Assembly (NCBI GenBank): GCA_000994805.1
Contig: LCEQ01000003.1
Coordinates: 1-36,095 of the forward strand
Source of the DNA: Candidatus Azambacteria bacterium GW2011_GWA2_42_9
GTDB taxonomy: Bacteria; Patescibacteriota; Minisyncoccia; UBA10092
Direction of reading: 5' to 3'
DNA length: 36,095 bases
Shown here piece after piece: positions 32,701 through 36,095 of the stretch. A model generated the notes under the pieces. That model ran no database searches. It worked only from the letters and a program-made list of their open reading frames with translations, and was not told the origin of the DNA. The translations under genes were made by a program, and so were the position numbers. Position 1 is the first letter of the stretch, and each line of letters opens with the position of its first letter.

Positions 32701-32801
32701 TAAGGCGATTATTTTATCGGCCGCAAAAATTTTTGACCCTATTGCAGTTTTTAAGCCATAAATTGGGAATGGTTTATATGAAAAATAAATTAGGTGAATA
32801 A
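29730..32801 (+). CDS. three-module enzyme: CDP-glycerol glycerophosphotransferase (TagB/TagF)-like plus GT2 plus GT2
   Basis: TagF-like module: LLYLPTHG, KFHP and ADIVISDSGGAAFDALL. Two GT2 modules each start YS(V/I)IIPTFNRCQSLIKALNSTINQT...DD(G/D)S.DDT...FFTDDDCVVP.NW. Confidence 0.8.
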   Translation: MKDCPNNNADIGFIAQVPYHFYVFKNIIKHLSDAEFIVGEPYSYDEPPEIQSKRLGGLIDLIEKEKIPWRFFDFEKDRNPRNNFFEKYNILVATTANGIITSPLIKSIKKVRVQYGQSKDAFEFGDWNRYFDLILAQGPYSAQHFRALTQCVEIGFPKFDDWFNGKIDGADAGELKSKMDPRKKTLLYLPTHGALSSLEKYQEPLLSLRNKYNILVKFHPRTVWYDSGQVLFYKNNGFATYDDSADILPMLKIADIVISDSGGAAFDALLAEKSLVILDVPIAAEETGELQTQENSIEQVIKRERKRIGPVVDSPDKLESALEIAEQEFFEERRREWRGKLFSFVDGKDGERAAREILRFKNRGPNYSVIIPTFNRCQSLIKALNSTINQTISASNYEILVVDDGSADDTSEVVSEFQKKHPNVKYFYQQNGGPAKARNKGIKESKGEIIFFTDDDCVVPPNWMETLLDGFERYPGVAGVGGWYQPANKSLADKYFQRYLDYFDRQNNIGMMDTEIKSNIFGYNLAGNTANMAYKKSVLEEVSGFDEKLYFVGGVDWELKKNIQNRGYYLLYVPFMVNHFKNFNARTFIKKFFNRGRGYHYMIKKHPDLRNSSYYNVNLINLLEQTVNYALNGNKFLPLHFHFLALLCVFCGRFYAKYINQFSNIPKILLNASDNFEIVKKKTGEERIFTTKIRPFKCCDTNTRIHTNNTNNTNKIKYSIIIPTFNRCQSLIKALNSTINQTIPAFNYEIIVIDDDSTDDTKSQISRLRQGFGGQAKPEIRYFKIEHGGPAKARNKGIKESKGEIIFFTDDDCVVPSNWMETLLDGYKRYPNIVGVGGWLIEPKETLRKSYLARYIHYIHFCIDYFPAWTLFNCEILSNDPERGLGNFAGNTANLSIKRDILEQMSGFREDYYWPGSEDSDLSFRILNAGLKLLYVPFHVEHIKNIDLWGLMKLFFKRGANFYLFLKFNKEALDKINAGNPENYDTFPILIRRLFYRPQKFLTLLQFLSHKLGMVYMKNKLGE
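31047..31138 (+). repeat. internal repeat copy A (91/92 nt identical to 32115-32206)
   Basis: AAGGGAATTAAAGAATCTAAAGGTGAAATTATCTTTTTCACCGACGACGATTGTGTTGTTCCG(C/T)CGAATTGGATGGAAACCTTGCTTGATGG. Confidence 0.95.
32115..32206 (+). repeat. internal repeat copy B
   Basis: Offset by 1068 nt from copy A. The flanking codons are clearly more diverged. Confidence 0.95.
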
Positions 32802-32803
32802 TT

Positions 32804-33712
32804 ATGTATTCTGTCGTTATTCCTACTTATAATCGTTCGGGCTCTCTTTTAAAAACACTATCCTCTGTTGTTAATCAGACGTTGCCCACGGATAATTATG
32901 AAGTTCTAATTATCGACGACGGCTCAATCGACAATACCGAAGAAATAGTAGCAAGGTACAAGCAGCAAGTAGCAAGTCCGGAAATACGGTATTTTAAAAT
33001 TAAACACGGCGGATCAGCGGCAGCTAAAAATTTTGGAATAAAACGGGCGAGGGGCGAAATCGTCTTTTTTACCGACGACGATTGCGTTGTTCCCAAAAAC
33101 TGGATGGTGACGCTTTTGGACGGCTACAGGAGATACCCAGAGGTGGTTGGTGTGGGGGGATATTTCAAGCCGCCGGACGGCGAGAATAGATTTTTTCAAA
33201 AGATGGCTTATTTAATAAACACCCTGGCCGATTCCTTTAATAAAGAAAAGATTATTGACAATTTCTTTTCTTCGGCGGCTTTTTCCGCCAATGTTTCGTA
33301 TAAAAAAGATATCTTGGAAAAAACAGGCGGTTTTGACGAAAACATTTCGGCTACGGCCAGCGTGGAATTAAGATACAGATTAATTGCCAAGCAAAAAGAA
33401 AAAATTCTCTGTATTCCGATGTTTGTCACGCATCATTGCGATTTGAATTTTTTCGGATACATTAAAAAACTTTTCCGCCAGGGCCGATGCAAACAATATT
33501 GCAATGACAAATATTTTAGAGGTAATCCGCCGCTGGCGTTTGACGTAACTTTTTGGCGCGCGTCAAAAAAATTGTTTGTTGCGTTTCATAATATTTTAAA
33601 AATAAAAGATGTAAAAAAACCGGATTTGCCGGCGATTTTTATCTTTTTATTTTTGGAAGCATTCCTCAATGCCGCCGGCGGATCTGTGGAAAAATATTTT
33701 AGTAAATTATGA
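32804..33712 (+). CDS. GT2-family glycosyltransferase (third paralog of the same module)
   Basis: YSVVIPTYNRSGSLLKTLSSVVNQT, DDGSIDNT and FFTDDDCVVPKNW. It starts 2 nt after the upstream stop. Confidence 0.85.
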   Translation: MYSVVIPTYNRSGSLLKTLSSVVNQTLPTDNYEVLIIDDGSIDNTEEIVARYKQQVASPEIRYFKIKHGGSAAAKNFGIKRARGEIVFFTDDDCVVPKNWMVTLLDGYRRYPEVVGVGGYFKPPDGENRFFQKMAYLINTLADSFNKEKIIDNFFSSAAFSANVSYKKDILEKTGGFDENISATASVELRYRLIAKQKEKILCIPMFVTHHCDLNFFGYIKKLFRQGRCKQYCNDKYFRGNPPLAFDVTFWRASKKLFVAFHNILKIKDVKKPDLPAIFIFLFLEAFLNAAGGSVEKYFSKL

Positions 33713-33769
33713 TATTATGGTATTCTATAAATTAGTATATTAGTATCGTATTATTAGTATCATATAAAT

Positions 33770-35137
33770 ATGTTCAAAAAAATATTTAGATTTTTGCGCT
33801 TTTCGGTTTTAATAGTGTCATTTTTGTTTTTATTACTACCCTTTATGTTTTTTTCAGTTTTAAATAAAGGAGTTAAAAAAGCGAAACACCTGCTCGGGTT
33901 TAAAAAATCAGCCGACGATCAGTCGTTTTTTGATGATATAGACAATCAAGCATGGGCTGATATGCCGGGCGGCGGCGGCGGCGGCGGCGGCTCAACGCCG
34001 TTTTTGGCCGTTTGGAATGGTAAAGAATATATTTTTGAAAATGATATTTTGTTTTCCGCGAACGACAACTATAGCCCCAGTTTGATAAAATCAAAAATCC
34101 GTTATGAAAGCGGGTTTTGCGGTCCCGATTTATATAAAATCAAAACCAATCCGAAAATAAGCGAAACCGGCGAAATAAAATTTCAAATGCAGGAACGCGA
34201 TCCCGAAGAAAGCTTCATTGATCATTTAAAAGTTTTTAGAGTTACCCATGAAAAAAACAGGGAAATTTTGGTTGATAACAAATATGAAAAATTTTATTCT
34301 CTTGAAAAAAACAAAATTGAAAAAGCGATTTTGCCGGAACAAATTTCAATCAACGGCAAAAAAGCCGAACCCGAGAAAATATTCGGAAAATCTTTTTTAG
34401 AAGAATCAAACGGCATCCGGCTGCGTTACCGGCAGAATGTTTTACTTAGTTTTAAAGGCGTAAAATCCGGCAAAAACAATCATCTGATTCTTAAAGTCCA
34501 AGAAAGGGGGTGGTCGCCCGTTGCTAAAACTTTGTTTACGGTTTTTCCGGCAACGCGGTTTTTGGCGTTTGCTTTCGCGGGGTTTGTTTTGTCTTGGTTT
34601 TTTGGCACCGCCGCTTCAATTTTGCCGTTTATTATTCTCCAAGATGGCAACAAGAGTATTAATTTGTTTTATAAAAATCGCAACTCCTTTAAATTTTTCG
34701 GCAGCGTTCACCCCCGGATGAAAGAATCGGTTGAATTGGTTTCTATTCCCGAGCAAGCGATTTCGGCTGATGGGCGGGTTGATCTGAATCTTGAATGGAC
34801 CAGAACCCACCATTTGGTTTCCATAGGGATAATTGATTTTGTTGAAGACAAAAGCCGAAACTATGAAATTGAGGAATTAAAATTGATAAAAGCGATTCAT
34901 AACGGAAACGGCAAAAACCACGCTTCTTTATTGGGCAGCCGCGATTTAAATTATCTTCACACCGTTCAGGGCGACACCGTTGATTTAGTTTTTAGGTCTC
35001 AAACAAATAATGACAAAAACGACAAGCGATACACCTATCTTTTTTCCGCGAGCGGTTTTTATACCGATTTGAGGCCCCAATATCAAATATCATTTAAAAA
35101 TTTATTTTGGCTTTTAAAAGAAGAAATTAAAGCATAA
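33770..35137 (+). CDS. hypothetical membrane protein with poly-Gly linker
   Basis: N-terminal TM, a G8 run, an internal hydrophobic pair (FLAFAFAGFVLSWFFGTAASILPFII). No family recognised. Confidence 0.6.
   Translation: MFKKIFRFLRFSVLIVSFLFLLLPFMFFSVLNKGVKKAKHLLGFKKSADDQSFFDDIDNQAWADMPGGGGGGGGSTPFLAVWNGKEYIFENDILFSANDNYSPSLIKSKIRYESGFCGPDLYKIKTNPKISETGEIKFQMQERDPEESFIDHLKVFRVTHEKNREILVDNKYEKFYSLEKNKIEKAILPEQISINGKKAEPEKIFGKSFLEESNGIRLRYRQNVLLSFKGVKSGKNNHLILKVQERGWSPVAKTLFTVFPATRFLAFAFAGFVLSWFFGTAASILPFIILQDGNKSINLFYKNRNSFKFFGSVHPRMKESVELVSIPEQAISADGRVDLNLEWTRTHHLVSIGIIDFVEDKSRNYEIEELKLIKAIHNGNGKNHASLLGSRDLNYLHTVQGDTVDLVFRSQTNNDKNDKRYTYLFSASGFYTDLRPQYQISFKNLFWLLKEEIKA
33968..33991 (+). repeat. 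(GGC)8 trinucleotide repeat, in frame (Gly8)
   Basis: Direct reading. It is a pure GC tract in an AT-rich gene. Confidence 0.97.
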
Positions 35138-35143
35138 AGCTAT

Positions 35144-36095
35144 ATGGATTTTTTCAAAAATTTTTGGGTTAGAATCGTTATTATAATAATTTTTTTAACG
35201 CTGGCGGCTTTTGGCGGCTGGTACTGGTTCGCTAATATATATCAAAAATCGGCGGTTAACTTTTATCCTTCAAAAATCTCTTTTAGTGTCGATGAAAACA
35301 CTGCTTATATTTCGGCTTTTCAAAAATTAGGGATTTATGACGCTTCATCGGGAAAATTGTCGCTTCAAAATGCGTCGTTTAGCAATGATGTTGAAATTAT
35401 TTCCGGCAGTGATGGAAAAATTTATGTTGCCGATCTGAATCAAAATATAGTTTATATTTACATCGGCGATAAACAAGAAGCGGCAATTGATGTTGGCGCG
35501 ATGCCCCGATTTTTGTTTTTAAATGACAAAACGGGGCGACTGTTTGTTTACAATAGGGGGAGCCGGGATATAAACATCATTGATACGGAAAATTATAAAA
35601 TTTTATCCACGATTAAAATCGATTTAGATATTAACGGGGGTGTTTTGGACGAAAAGAGCAACTTGCTTTACTTAGCGGACACGAATGGCAATGATTTGAT
35701 CGTGATTGATGGTGAAACTTTTAAAGTTTCAAAATCTTTAAAAGTCGGCCCGAATCCTTACGCTTCTTTTCCGGCGGCTTTTGACGCCGACATTCAAAGG
35801 TTATACTTAATCAGCCAAGGCGATAATAAACTTTGGGTTATAGATACCGGCGCCGGCAAGGTTTTAGATAATATTGCCGCGCCGAAAGGAACCGGAGAAA
35901 TGACCTTAAATCAACAAAAATTATATATAGCCAATCCGAATGATCACACGGTGTTTGTTTTTGACACCAAAGATTTATCAACCAAAAAAATGTCGCTTTC
36001 GCCATTGCTTTATCCGCAAAAAGCGCTGGCTGACGAAAAAAACGGGCGGATTTACGTCTACAGCCAAAGCCGAGTCAATGAAATAACGGTTTTGG
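35144..36095 (+). CDS. YVTN/NHL-like beta-propeller repeat protein (3' partial)
   Basis: Not in the ORF track because no stop is reached. I translated it by hand with no stop to the window end. N-terminal TM, then repeated ~40-aa units (KIYVADLNQNIVYIY, RLFVYNRGSRDINIID, LLYLADTNGNDLIVID, RLYLISQGDNKLWVID, KLYIANPNDHTVFVFD). Confidence 0.7.
   Translation, partial: MDFFKNFWVRIVIIIIFLTLAAFGGWYWFANIYQKSAVNFYPSKISFSVDENTAYISAFQKLGIYDASSGKLSLQNASFSNDVEIISGSDGKIYVADLNQNIVYIYIGDKQEAAIDVGAMPRFLFLNDKTGRLFVYNRGSRDINIIDTENYKILSTIKIDLDINGGVLDEKSNLLYLADTNGNDLIVIDGETFKVSKSLKVGPNPYASFPAAFDADIQRLYLISQGDNKLWVIDTGAGKVLDNIAAPKGTGEMTLNQQKLYIANPNDHTVFVFDTKDLSTKKMSLSPLLYPQKALADEKNGRIYVYSQSRVNEITVL

Noticed and set aside
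1-36095. Prophage, integrase, transposase, CRISPR array, rRNA, or toxin-antitoxin pairs
   Set aside because: I scanned the ORF translations and repeats and found no integrase or transposase motifs, no regularly spaced repeats and no rRNA-like sequence.

Overview
Low-GC, very tightly packed chromosomal segment. Gene content points to a CPR/Patescibacteria-type bacterium: short IF-2, ComEC split from its MBL domain, dprA-topA, tRNAs abutting CDSs, and many starts without a Shine-Dalgarno. This lineage call is my inference and was not verified. Most of the window is housekeeping: topA, dprA, pth, lepB, hisS, HIT, rpsU, yqeY, ybeY, ftsA, ftsZ, comEC plus MBL, ndk, rpmB, an M50 protease, a 3D-domain protein, nrnA-like, rbfA, infB and five tRNAs (Pro-GGG, Leu-UAA, Cys-GCA, Ser-UGA, Ser-GCU). 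Five regions are not routine. (1) 4.7-7.9 kb holds an orphan MotA/ExbB-type proton-channel operon. Its Asp-TM partner carries a non-canonical beta-sandwich-like ectodomain, a 2-TM protein follows, and membrane-anchored S1 proteases sit on both sides. This is my best candidate for an undescribed system. (2) 25975-27237 is a ~1.26 kb high-GC cassette bounded by imperfect inverted repeats that double as terminators. It has consensus divergent promoters, an NTF2-like lipoprotein and a small HExxH protein. (3) GC-rich palindromes and 7-bp microsatellites lie inside essential CDSs (infB, comEC, MBL gene, pth), and TAGAAAT heptamer arrays lie directly in front of rpsU and ftsZ. (4) A wHTH/Cas2-fold (PaaX-like) gene is flanked by two copies of a 37-bp palindromic promoter/operator module, and the second copy precedes infB. 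(5) The murD-like gene lacks its P-loop segment, is frame-broken and has a C-terminal extension. From 27.3 kb to the window end there is a surface-glycopolymer locus: GT4, a CapK-like adenylating enzyme, a TagF-GT2-GT2 fusion with internal gene-conversion tracts, a third GT2 paralog, a poly-Gly membrane protein and a YVTN beta-propeller. I found no CRISPR array, rRNA, integrase or transposase. All family calls come from motif recognition by eye, and no searches were run.
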